Assembly (NCBI RefSeq): GCF_042660085.1
Contig: NZ_JBHSTI010000008.1
Span: 570,001-602,000, forward strand
Length of the DNA: 32,000 nucleotides
Origin: Longivirga aurantiaca
GTDB taxonomy: Bacteria > Actinomycetota > Actinomycetes > S36-B12 > CAIYMF01
Direction: 5' to 3'
Both the position numbers and the translations under genes were made by a program. Numbering within the stretch: position 1 is the stretch's first letter; each line of letters begins with the position of its first letter. Below the pieces are notes generated by a model. That model ran no database searches. It was not told the DNA's origin and saw only the letters and a program-made list of their open reading frames with translations. Positions 1 through 8,577 of the stretch are shown here, in pieces.

Positions 1-78
1 GTCGCGACCCTCGACGAGGCCGTCGCGCAGGTCGACGCCTACCGCGAGGGCACCCCCCTCACGCCCTGCACGCCCTGA
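1..78 (+). CDS. C-terminal end of a protein, probably YlbL-like PDZ-domain protein (partial, 5' end outside window)
   Basis: Open frame from base 1 reads VATLDEAVAQVDAYREGTPLTPCTP then TGA at 76-78. The tail resembles actinobacterial YlbL/PDZ proteins, which often sit next to PPA1309 and UPF0182 genes. Confidence 0.5.
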   Translation, partial: VATLDEAVAQVDAYREGTPLTPCTP

Positions 79-96
79 GGCGGCGCGGGCGGCCGC

Positions 97-744
97 TCAG
101 CGGAAGGTGGCGAGGAGGGCGTCGGCGAGACGGGGCACGAGCTGCTCGCCGACGAGCACCTGGTCGTCGGCGTCGTGCGACCGCAGCCGCAGCGCGCACA
201 TCCGCCCGCCCCCGCGCGTGACGACGACGGCCATCCGCACGTCCTGGCGCTCGGGGTGCTCGGCCACGACCGAGGCCAGCCCGGCCTGGTCGTCCGGCAG
301 CGAGTCCTCGGCGGACGGCGGCAGCATGACGCGCTCGAGCACGAGGGCGGCCCCCTGCACCTCGTCGGGCCACGCGGTCGTGGCGAGCACCTCGTCGAGC
401 GGCTTGCTGTGGTCGAGGTGGTCCTGCTCGATGGGGGTGAGCGACGTCGGGTCCGCCGCCGCCTCGCCGAGCGCGGAGGCCAGGGCGGGCTCGAGCGCCA
501 CGAGCTCGCTGGTGCGGGCGAGCGCGAAGATGCGCGGGTTCTGGTCCCACCCGAGGTCGGCCACGTGCTTCTCGATCTCCCGCACGAGCTCCACCAGCCG
601 CATCGCCGCGGCGGCGGCCGCCAGCGCCTCGGGGTCGGCGGGGACGCCGGGAACCGTCACGGTCGCCTGATCGTCGTCGGGGAGGGGGGAGTGGTCGTCG
701 CTCGTCACGCCGCGATTGTGCCCCCTCCACCCGATCAGACCCAC
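97..744 (-). CDS. PPA1309-like conserved hypothetical protein
   Basis: 215 aa ORF; sequence (VRLVEL/EKHVADLGWDQNPRIFALARTSEL...EQDHLDHSKPLDEVLATTAWPDEVQGAALVLERVMLP) is typical of the actinobacterial family encoded divergently from UPF0182. The start may be internal (VTSDDHSPLP...). Confidence 0.8.
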   Translation of the reverse strand: MGLIGWRGHNRGVTSDDHSPLPDDDQATVTVPGVPADPEALAAAAAAMRLVELVREIEKHVADLGWDQNPRIFALARTSELVALEPALASALGEAAADPTSLTPIEQDHLDHSKPLDEVLATTAWPDEVQGAALVLERVMLPPSAEDSLPDDQAGLASVVAEHPERQDVRMAVVVTRGGGRMCALRLRSHDADDQVLVGEQLVPRLADALLATFR

Positions 745-820
745 CTCCGGTCCGCCGACGTCGTACGTCGCGGACCCTCACGGAAGGCCACGTGATGAGC
801 CGCCACGTAGGGTGCGACTC

Positions 821-3793
821 GTGAGCTACGAGAATCCCCCTGGTGACGGCGGCCGCGGTCCGCGCCTCGTCGTCGCCGAGCCCGCAGGCCGGCGCAGCCG
901 CACCCTGATCACCACCCTCGTGATCCTGGGGGTGCTGCTCCTGGCGTTCGTCATCCTGACGGGCTTCTGGACCGACCTCCTGTGGTACCAGTCGGTGGAC
1001 GCCCAGAGCGTCTTCTCGACCACGCTCATGACGCGCGTGGGGCTCCTGATCGTGTTCGGCCTGCTCATGGCGGCGATCGTCGGGCTCAACATGTGGCTGG
1101 CGTACCGCTTCCGGCCGGTGTTCCCGACCATGTCGCCGGAGCAGGCGAGCCTCGAGCGCTACCGCCAGGCCCTCGCTCCCGTACGCCGGTTCCTCTTCAT
1201 CGCGGTGCCGGGGTTCCTCGGCCTGCTCGCCGGCGTCAGCGCGTCGGCGGAGTGGCAGACCTGGCTCGAGTGGCGCAACGCGACCGACTTCGGCCAGACC
1301 GACCCGCAGTTCGGCCTCGACATCTCGTTCTACGTCTTCACGCTGCCGTTCCTGCGGTTCGTGCTCGGATTCCTGACCGCGGCGATCGTGCTCGCGTTCC
1401 TCGCGTCGCTCGTCGTGCACTACCTCTACAGCGGCATCAGGCTGCAGCCGGCGGACGACCGCTTCAGCCGCGCCGCACAGGTGCACCTCGGGATCCTGGC
1501 CGGCGTGTTCGTGCTGCTGCGCGGCGTGGGCTTCTGGCTCGACCGGTACGAGCTCTCCCTCTCGACCGACGACTTCGTGCCCGGCATCACCTACAAGGAT
1601 GTCAACGCGCTCCTGCCGGGGCTCACGATCCTCGCGATCATCTCGGTGGTCTGCGCGCTCCTGTTCTTCGCCAGCGCGTTCCGGGACGGGTTCACGCTCG
1701 CCGTCACCGGCTTCGTGCTGCTGCTCGGCTCGTCGATCATCATCGGCTCGGTCTACCCGGCGTTCGTGCAGAACTTCCAGGTGAAGCCGACCGAGCTCGA
1801 CCGCGAGCGGCCGTACATCCAGCGCAACATCGACGCCACGAGGGCTTCGTACGGCCTCGACAAGGTGGTCGTGACGCCCTACGCGGCGACCGACGCCCCT
1901 AGCGAGGCTGCCATCGAGGCGAGCAAGGGCACGATCGACAACATCCGCCTGCTCGACCCGGCCATCGTGTCGCCGACGTTCAACAAGCTGCAGGGCATCC
2001 GGTCGAACTACCGCTTCCCCGACTCGCTCGACGTCGACCGCTACGAGATCAACGACGAGCGCCGCGGCGCGATCATCGCCGTCCGCGAGCTCTACCTCGC
2101 CGGCCTGCCCGACTCGCAGCGCAACTGGGCGAACAACCACATCTTCTACACGCACGGCTTCGGCGTGGTCGCGGCGTACGACAACACCGCCAACGCCGGT
2201 GGCTCGCCGGCGTTCTTCGAGAGCGACCTGCCGCCTGTGGGCGAGCTCGACGTGAAGCAGCCCCGCATCTACTACGGCGAGTACGCCCCGGACTACTCGA
2301 TCGTCGGTGCGCCCGAGGGCTCGGCGCCGCGCGAGCTCGACTACCCGGACGACAACGCGCCGGACGGTCAGGCGGTCTACACCTACACCGGTGCGGGCGG
2401 CATCCCGATCGGCAACCCGCTCAACAAGGTGCTGTTCGCCGCGAAGTACCAGGACACCAACATCCTGCTCTCGGACCTCGTCAACGAGGAGTCCAAGATC
2501 CTCGAGGTGCGCGACCCCCGCGACCGCGTGGAGAAGGTCGCGCCGTGGCTGACGGTCGACGGCGACCCGTACCCGGTCGTGGCCGACGGCCGCGTGCTCT
2601 GGATGGTCGACGCGTACACGACGACCAACCGCTACCCGAACGCGTCGAGCACCTCGCTCGGCGACGCGACGACCGACGCGCTGTCGCAGCGCGCCTCGAA
2701 CCTCACCACCCAGCCGCGGACGCAGATCAACTACATCCGCAACGCGGTCAAGGCCACGGTCGACGCCTACGACGGCACCGTCACCCTCTACGAGTGGGAC
2801 ACCACCGACCCGCTGCTCAAGACGTGGATGAAGGTCTTCCCCAACCAGGTGAAGCCCCGCGCGTCGATGCCGCAGGCGGTGCTCGACCACGTGCGCTACC
2901 CCGAGGACATCTTCAAGGTGCAGCGCCTGATCTTCGCGCGCTACCACGTGACCGCACCGGACGTGTTCTTCAGCGGCCAGGACTTCTGGAACGTGCCGAA
3001 CGATCCGACGCGCACCACCACGTCGGTCGCGCAGCCGCCCTACTACCTGCAGGTGCAGCTGCCCGGGTCGCCGGCGCCGGTGTTCTCGCTGACGACGACG
3101 TACGCCCCGCAGCGGCGCGACACCCTCGCCGCCTTCATGGGCGTCAACTCCGAGCCTGGCCCCGACTACGGCACGATCCGCGTGCTGCAGCTGCCGAGCC
3201 AGACGACCATCCCTGGCCCGAAACAGGTGCAGAACAACTTCGAGTCCGATCCCACGGTGGCCTCGCAGCTCTCGCTGCTGCGCCGCGGTGGCTCGGACGT
3301 CGACCTCGGCAACCTGCTGACGCTGCCGGTCGCCGGCGGCGTGCTGTACGTCGAACCCGTCTACGTGCGGGCGACGTCCGGCGAGGGCTTCCCGCTCCTG
3401 CAGAAGGTGCTCGTCGGCTACGGCAGCAAGGTGGCCATGCGCGACACGCTGCAGCAGGCGCTCAGCGACGTGTTCGACGGAGTCCCCGTGACGCCGCCGG
3501 ACAACGGCAACGGCAACGGGACGCCCACTCCGACACCGACCCCGACACCGGGGGAGGGCACGGCCGAGCAGCGGCTCGCGCAGGCCATCTCGGACGCCCA
3601 GGTGGCGTACGCGGCCGGCCAGGAGGCGCTCAAGGTGCAGGACTGGGTGGCCTACGGCCAGGCCCAGGCCGACCTGCAGACCGCCCTGGACGCCGCTGCT
3701 GCCGCATCGCTCGAGCTCGGCATCACCACGCCGGTGACGCCGTCGCCCGACGCGACGCCGTCCGCGACACCGAGCCCCGGCGCCTCCGCCTGA
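821..3793 (+). CDS. UPF0182 family large membrane protein
   Basis: Frame of ORF 716..3793 with likely GTG start at 821 (VSYENPPGDGGRG...). Multiple N-terminal TM segments, long extracellular domain, ends in a TPTPTPTPTP linker plus acidic/Ala tail. Confidence 0.92.
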   Translation: MSYENPPGDGGRGPRLVVAEPAGRRSRTLITTLVILGVLLLAFVILTGFWTDLLWYQSVDAQSVFSTTLMTRVGLLIVFGLLMAAIVGLNMWLAYRFRPVFPTMSPEQASLERYRQALAPVRRFLFIAVPGFLGLLAGVSASAEWQTWLEWRNATDFGQTDPQFGLDISFYVFTLPFLRFVLGFLTAAIVLAFLASLVVHYLYSGIRLQPADDRFSRAAQVHLGILAGVFVLLRGVGFWLDRYELSLSTDDFVPGITYKDVNALLPGLTILAIISVVCALLFFASAFRDGFTLAVTGFVLLLGSSIIIGSVYPAFVQNFQVKPTELDRERPYIQRNIDATRASYGLDKVVVTPYAATDAPSEAAIEASKGTIDNIRLLDPAIVSPTFNKLQGIRSNYRFPDSLDVDRYEINDERRGAIIAVRELYLAGLPDSQRNWANNHIFYTHGFGVVAAYDNTANAGGSPAFFESDLPPVGELDVKQPRIYYGEYAPDYSIVGAPEGSAPRELDYPDDNAPDGQAVYTYTGAGGIPIGNPLNKVLFAAKYQDTNILLSDLVNEESKILEVRDPRDRVEKVAPWLTVDGDPYPVVADGRVLWMVDAYTTTNRYPNASSTSLGDATTDALSQRASNLTTQPRTQINYIRNAVKATVDAYDGTVTLYEWDTTDPLLKTWMKVFPNQVKPRASMPQAVLDHVRYPEDIFKVQRLIFARYHVTAPDVFFSGQDFWNVPNDPTRTTTSVAQPPYYLQVQLPGSPAPVFSLTTTYAPQRRDTLAAFMGVNSEPGPDYGTIRVLQLPSQTTIPGPKQVQNNFESDPTVASQLSLLRRGGSDVDLGNLLTLPVAGGVLYVEPVYVRATSGEGFPLLQKVLVGYGSKVAMRDTLQQALSDVFDGVPVTPPDNGNGNGTPTPTPTPTPGEGTAEQRLAQAISDAQVAYAAGQEALKVQDWVAYGQAQADLQTALDAAAAASLELGITTPVTPSPDATPSATPSPGASA

Positions 3794-3884
3794 CGTGCGT
3801 CCGCCCGGCCTCCCCGCACGGATTTGGAGGAGGCCGGGCGGCTCACGTATGGTGAGGTCACAGCAATCGGGGCAACCCGATCAC

Positions 3885-3958
3885 CGCGGGGTGGAGCAGC
3901 TCGGTAGCTCGCTGGGCTCATAACCCAGAGGTCGCAGGTTCAAATCCTGCCCCCGCTA
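3885..3958 (+). tRNA. tRNA-Met (CAT), initiator type
   Basis: CGCGGGG-TG-GAGC-AGCTCGGTA-GCTC-G-CTGGG-CTCATAA-CCCAG-AGGTC-GCAGG-TTCAAAT-CCTGC-CCCCGCT-A. Complete cloverleaf, CAT anticodon, three consecutive G:C pairs at the base of the anticodon stem and a mismatched 1:72 pair, as in initiator tRNA. Confidence 0.96.
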
Positions 3959-4136
3959 CTTCGCAAGACCGAAGGCCCTGACCCTCACGGTCAGGGCCTT
4001 CGTCGTACGCGGGGCCTTCGGTCTTGCCCCCAGCGGGGGCAGGATTTGGGAGGAGCGCCGCAGGCGACTGCCGTCCGGCGCGAAGCGCCGCCCTTGCAGG
4101 TGCCTGCCCCACCACGACGGATCCTGCCCCCGCTAC
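3941..4136. repeat. tRNA 3'-end sequence in three copies (two direct, one inverted)
   Basis: CAAATCCTGCCCCCGCT at 3941-3957 (tRNA); exact reverse complement AGCGGGGGCAGGATTTG at 4032-4048; ATCCTGCCCCCGCTAC again in direct orientation at about 4121-4136. Confidence 0.85.
3971..4001 (+). terminator. Hairpin downstream of tRNA-Met
   Basis: GAAGGCCCTGACC / GGTCAGGGCCTTC, 13 bp perfect stem with 5 nt loop. Confidence 0.7.
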
Positions 4137-4143
4137 GCAGACC

Positions 4144-4174
4144 GAAGGCCCGGACCATACGGGTCCGGGCCTTC
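4144..4174. terminator. Second hairpin closely resembling the tRNA downstream hairpin
   Basis: GAAGGCCCGGACC / GGTCCGGGCCTTC, 13 bp stem with 5 nt loop, preceded by GCAGACC (compare GCAAGACC-GAAGGCCC after the tRNA). Confidence 0.6.
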
Positions 4175-4213
4175 GACGAGTTCGCGGGCTCTCGTGGCGG
4201 AGGGAGCCCGCGA

Positions 4214-4876
4214 TCAGCGCCGCTCACGCCGGGCCGCTGCGCTGTGCTGCTGCGACGCGATGTCAGTGCCGTAGTGCTCGAGGGCCTGCGCCATGTCGCG
4301 CACGCGCTGGTTGCGGCCGTCGACGCCGTCGATCTGGGCTGCCAGGAAGTAGCCGTCGAAGAGGGCGACGCCGAGGCCGGCAAGGCGGTCTCCGATGATC
4401 CCGGCCACCTCGGGGCCTTCCGCCTCGAACGCCATGGCGATGAACTCGCGCATCCGTGCGTTGGCCTCGCTCCGGACGCGGTCCAGCACCTGCGCGACGT
4501 CGGGGTCGCGGTTGGTGATGAGCAGCGTCAGGAAGAGCCGGAGGAACTCCTCGTGCTCGTCGATGTTGTCGGCGATGTGCGTGAGGTACGCCTGGAGCCT
4601 GCTGCCGGCCTTGCCCCGCACCCGGATGGCGCCGGTGGAGTCGAAGAACCGGCGGGCTCCACGCTCCATGACGGCCGCGGCGATGGCTGCCTTGGAGTCG
4701 AACTGCCAGTAAATGGAGCTCTTCTGGAGACCCGACTCCTTGATGATCGCGGAGATGCTGGCGCCCTCGTAGCCGTACTCGGACATGACGCGGGATGCAG
4801 CGTCAAGGATCTCCTCGCGCGCGCGCTGGCCTTGGGCGTTTCGACGGATACCGGTGCCGGACACCCCGCTCTTCAT
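4214..4876 (-). CDS. TetR/AcrR family transcriptional regulator
   Basis: ORF 4214..4909; likely start at MKSGVSGTGIRR (4876). N-terminal HTH REEILDAASRVMSEYGYEGASISAIIKESGLQKSSIYWQFDSKAAI is characteristic. Confidence 0.93.
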   Translation of the reverse strand: MKSGVSGTGIRRNAQGQRAREEILDAASRVMSEYGYEGASISAIIKESGLQKSSIYWQFDSKAAIAAAVMERGARRFFDSTGAIRVRGKAGSRLQAYLTHIADNIDEHEEFLRLFLTLLITNRDPDVAQVLDRVRSEANARMREFIAMAFEAEGPEVAGIIGDRLAGLGVALFDGYFLAAQIDGVDGRNQRVRDMAQALEHYGTDIASQQHSAAARRERR

Positions 4877-4942
4877 GCGGCGATCGTAGGGCAGCCGGGA
4901 TCTTGACATGCCGTCGAGGGCGGCTAGGGTGTGATGAAACTA

Positions 4943-4962
4943 ACTGGACCGGTCGGTACAGT
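4943..4962. promoter_or_regulatory. Candidate TetR operator
   Basis: ACTGGACCGG|TCGGTACAGT: 20 bp palindrome matching in 8 of 10 half-site positions (ACTGnACCGn), between the TetR gene and the divergent monooxygenase gene. Confidence 0.6.
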
Positions 4963-4982
4963 ACGAGCGGGAGGGCAACCCG

Positions 4983-6611
4983 ATGAATGTCGGCTCATTC
5001 GACGCTGACGTCGCGATCGTCGGTTACGGGCCCTCCGGGGTCGTGGCCGCCAGCATGCTCGGCAAGGCCGGCGTGCCCACCGTGGTGCTCGAGCGGGACG
5101 TGGACCTGTACTCACGCGCTCGCGCGGTCACCGTCAACGACTGGACGCTGCGGATCTTCCAGGAACTCGGGATCGCCGAGCGGGTGAAGGCCGACATGGA
5201 CGAGATGCCGGCGGTCAGCTGGAAGACGTACGAGGGCCGCCTCGTCTTCCGACTGGTGCAGAAGCCCGATGTCCTCGGCCACCCGACCGCGATGATGATC
5301 TACCAGCCGGAGATGGAGGCGGTGATCCGCGAGAACGCCTCGCGGCACGGGTCGCTGAACGTTCGCTTCGGCCACACCTTCACCGGCCTTGAGCAGGACG
5401 AGCACGGCGTCACGCTCCGTGCGACGGACCCAGAGGGAGCTCCGTACACCCTGCGGGTTCGCTACGTGATCGGCGCGGACGGCGGCTCCAGCCCAGCCCG
5501 AGAGGCGCTCGGCGCCACCATGGTGGGCACGACGCGGCCGCGGCGCTGGCTAGTGATCGACGGCGAGGTTCTGCGGCCCTGGCCGGGCTGCGACGAGCTG
5601 ACGTTCTGGTCGGACCCGGTGCGCCCCGTCGTCGACATCCCCCTGGCCAAGGGCAACCACCGCTGGGAGATCCCGCTGGCTCCTGGCGAGTCGGACGACG
5701 ACTACGCATCCGAGGAAGCGGTATGGGCGCGGCTGCGCGCGCTCGGCGTCACGACGGACCAGGTGCGGATCAAGGGATATGCGTTCTACAGCCATCATCT
5801 GCGCCACCTCGAGGGCTGGCGTCGCGACCGGGTCGTGCTCATCGGCGACGCCGCCCACCTCATGCCGCCGTGGGCGGGACAGGGGATGCAGTCGGGCATC
5901 CGCGATGCGCACAACGTCGCGTGGAAGCTGGCCGTCATCTGCGCCGGTCACGCCGGGCCGGACCTGCTCGACACCGTGGAGAGCGAGCGCTGGCCGCACG
6001 TGTCGCTCCTGACCGAGATGTCGGTCCGGCTCGGGATGTTCATCGAGGCCGACAACCGCGCCCTTGTCGCTGTGCGCAACACCGTCGCACCCCGGGCGAG
6101 GCACCTGCCGTTCTGGAACCGCATCCTGCAGCCCAGCAACGCCACCAACCGATTCGAGACGGGCTGGCTCACCGGCACCCCGGGGCGGCGCAACGCGCTT
6201 GGCCGGATGATCCCGCAGCCCACGGTGTTCGACCGGCAGGGCCGGCAGCACCTGCTCGACGACCTCGTCGGCAGCGGCTTCGTCGTCTTCGGCCTGGACT
6301 GCGACCCCCGGAGCCGGATGACCGCTGCTCAGGTGCGGGACTGGGAGCGACTCGGTGCCTCGTTCCGGACGGTCCGGCGCTCCTTCAGCACCACCGACGA
6401 GGCCGACGACGTCATCGACGCGAGAGGCGTCCTCGTCGACTGGCTGGAGCGTCACCGCACGAAGGTCGTGGTCGTCCGGCCCGACCGCTTCGTCGCCGCC
6501 ACGGACCTCACCGGCCTCGGCGTCCCCTCCGACCGGGGCAACCTCGGCCCCACCCGGCGCTCCGACGGCAGTACCGGCCGGACCGCGCCCACCGCCTCGG
6601 CCACCCACTGA
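4983..6611 (+). CDS. FAD-dependent aromatic hydroxylase, MhpA/PHBH-like
   Basis: 542 aa; FAD motif VAIVGYGPSGVVAASMLGKAGVPTVVLERD, second motif RVVLIGDAAHLMPPWAGQGMQSGIRDAHNVAWKL. Confidence 0.9.
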   Translation: MNVGSFDADVAIVGYGPSGVVAASMLGKAGVPTVVLERDVDLYSRARAVTVNDWTLRIFQELGIAERVKADMDEMPAVSWKTYEGRLVFRLVQKPDVLGHPTAMMIYQPEMEAVIRENASRHGSLNVRFGHTFTGLEQDEHGVTLRATDPEGAPYTLRVRYVIGADGGSSPAREALGATMVGTTRPRRWLVIDGEVLRPWPGCDELTFWSDPVRPVVDIPLAKGNHRWEIPLAPGESDDDYASEEAVWARLRALGVTTDQVRIKGYAFYSHHLRHLEGWRRDRVVLIGDAAHLMPPWAGQGMQSGIRDAHNVAWKLAVICAGHAGPDLLDTVESERWPHVSLLTEMSVRLGMFIEADNRALVAVRNTVAPRARHLPFWNRILQPSNATNRFETGWLTGTPGRRNALGRMIPQPTVFDRQGRQHLLDDLVGSGFVVFGLDCDPRSRMTAAQVRDWERLGASFRTVRRSFSTTDEADDVIDARGVLVDWLERHRTKVVVVRPDRFVAATDLTGLGVPSDRGNLGPTRRSDGSTGRTAPTASATH

Positions 6612-6621
6612 TGGGAGCAGC

Positions 6622-7503
6622 ATGACCACCACCCGCGCAGCCGCCACCGCCGCGACGATCTCGACCACCGACGTGGCGGTCGGGGAGTGGAGGATCCGCA
6701 CCCACCTCGCCGGCGATCCCGCCGACCCCGCGATCCTGTGGCTCCACGGCTCCGGCCCCGGAGTGAGCGCCCTGTCGAACTGGCAGACGCTCATCACCAC
6801 GATGCCCGGCTATCGGCACATCGCGCCGGACGTCCTCGGCTTCGGCAACTCCTCGCACCCCGAGGACCTGCCGCTCGGCGTGGCCGGGTCCGCGTCGATG
6901 CGCGCCGCAGCCATGGAGGGGCTGCTCGACGCACTGGGCGTGACGAGGGCGCATCTCGTCGGGAACTCGATGGGCGGGATGATCGCGCTTCTCATGCTGA
7001 AGAGCCGGCCCGAGCGGTTCGACCGCGTCATTCTGATGGGCAGCGGCGGTGCACCGATGACGCCGACGCCCGACCTCATCGCCATGATCACCTACTACAA
7101 CGATCCCGGCGACGACTCCATGCGGGATCTCATCGGCCGCTTCGTGTTCGACACCGGCCTGTTCGGCGACGAGCTTGGCGCGATCGCAGCCGACAGGGCC
7201 GCCGTCGCAGGGCGTGGCGACGTCCGGCGGTCGCACCTGCGCACCTTCTCCCCGGACGGGCCGCCCTTGGTCTTCGCCGAGGAGGAGCTAGGGGGCATCC
7301 CGCACGAGGTGCTGCTCGTGCACGGGCGCGAGGACCGCATCATCCCCAAGCATGCGTCGTTCTACCTGGCAGACGCGCTCCCCAACGCACAGCTGCACGT
7401 CTTGCCCCACGCGGGCCACTGGGTGCAGATCGAGCAGACCGAACGGTTCCGGGCACTTGCCCAACAGTTCCTCGCAGGCACCGCAGACGGGGGTGCGGCA
7501 TGA
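6622..7503 (+). CDS. Alpha/beta hydrolase, meta-cleavage-product hydrolase-like (MhpC/BphD type)
   Basis: Start MTTTRAAATAAT inside ORF 6355..7503; HGSGPGVSALSNW oxyanion region, nucleophile elbow VGNSMGGM, VHGREDRIIP and HAGHWVQIEQ. Confidence 0.88.
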   Translation: MTTTRAAATAATISTTDVAVGEWRIRTHLAGDPADPAILWLHGSGPGVSALSNWQTLITTMPGYRHIAPDVLGFGNSSHPEDLPLGVAGSASMRAAAMEGLLDALGVTRAHLVGNSMGGMIALLMLKSRPERFDRVILMGSGGAPMTPTPDLIAMITYYNDPGDDSMRDLIGRFVFDTGLFGDELGAIAADRAAVAGRGDVRRSHLRTFSPDGPPLVFAEEELGGIPHEVLLVHGREDRIIPKHASFYLADALPNAQLHVLPHAGHWVQIEQTERFRALAQQFLAGTADGGAA

Positions 7504-8507
7504 GCGACGTCTTCGGCCGGGTGCACCTCGGCTACCTCGTCGTCGAGACAGCGCGGATGACCGACTGGCGCCGTTTCGGCGCCGACGCCGTCGGCCTGCA
7601 CGTCGACAGCATGAGCCCCGACGTCATGCGCTTCCGCCTCGACGACCACGAGTGCCGATTCCTGCTCCAGCGGGGTCCCGCCGAGGACGTCACCGCCATC
7701 GGCTGGCAGGTCGACGACCACGAGACGTTCGACGACATCCTCGCCAGGGTCACCTCGCGCGGCCTCCCGGTATCGGAGGGGACGCCCGAGGAGTGCGCGC
7801 TGCGCGGCGTCGAGCGGCTCTGGCGCTTCGCCGGACCCAAGGGCGTGCACACCGAGATCTACACGACGCCGCTCACGACGACCAGGCCGCTGGTCATGAC
7901 GAACAAGGCGTTCGTGACCGGCGAGAGCGGCATGGGCCACCTCGCGATCGTGTCCAAGGACGTCCTCGGCATGCACGGGTACTACTCGACGCTGTTCGAC
8001 GCACGGCTGTCCGACTTCATCCTCGAGCGCATCGGGCCCATGAATCTGCGCATCCGGTTCCTTCGGGTGAACGAGCGCCACCACTCGATCGCCGTCGCCG
8101 GCGTGCGGCAGTGGGCGGTCAACCCGATCCGTACCCGCATTCAGCACGTCAACATCCAGGTCGCCGAGCTCGACGACATGGTCGCCGCCTATGAGCGGGT
8201 CACCGCCGAGGGGTTCCGCATGATGTGGTCCGTCGGTCAGCACCCCAACGACCGCGAGCTCTCGTTCTACTGCCGGACTCCGTCGGGCTTCGAGCTCGAG
8301 GTGGGCTGGAACCCCCTCGTGGTCACCCCCGATCTCGAGGTCGCCTGGGAGCCCACCACCTACCAGGGCATCTCGCTCTGGGGCCACACGCCCATCGGCG
8401 AGGACATCGTCCACAAGATGGGCATGGTCAGCCAGGCCCTGCGCTCGACGCGCGAGCACGAGATCGCCGTCCCCGAGCTGTGCGACCGGCAGTCCGTGCC
8501 CGCCTAG
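7500..8507 (+). CDS. Extradiol (vicinal oxygen chelate) ring-cleavage dioxygenase, BphC-like
   Basis: Start MSDVFGRVHLGYLVVET overlaps the upstream stop by 4 nt (ATGA). Metal-ligand contexts MGHLAIVSKD, IQHVNIQV and SGFELEVGWN are present. Confidence 0.88.
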   Translation: MSDVFGRVHLGYLVVETARMTDWRRFGADAVGLHVDSMSPDVMRFRLDDHECRFLLQRGPAEDVTAIGWQVDDHETFDDILARVTSRGLPVSEGTPEECALRGVERLWRFAGPKGVHTEIYTTPLTTTRPLVMTNKAFVTGESGMGHLAIVSKDVLGMHGYYSTLFDARLSDFILERIGPMNLRIRFLRVNERHHSIAVAGVRQWAVNPIRTRIQHVNIQVAELDDMVAAYERVTAEGFRMMWSVGQHPNDRELSFYCRTPSGFELEVGWNPLVVTPDLEVAWEPTTYQGISLWGHTPIGEDIVHKMGMVSQALRSTREHEIAVPELCDRQSVPA

Positions 8508-8577
8508 CCCCGACGGGTCCTGAACCGCGGCCCGCGGCGAAGCCACAGCGCCTTCCTCGTCGACTTCAGGAGGAGAC

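Noticed and set aside
59-2947. 962 aa minus-strand ORF opposite the UPF0182 gene
   Set aside because: Composition (V/R/D/E/H-rich, no domains) is that of a high-GC antisense shadow ORF; the + strand frame encodes a recognisable UPF0182 protein.
3523-3553. Short tandem repeat ACNCCGACACCG at the end of the UPF0182 gene
   Set aside because: Encodes the ordinary TPTPTPTP low-complexity linker common in secreted or extracytoplasmic tails; not a separate element.
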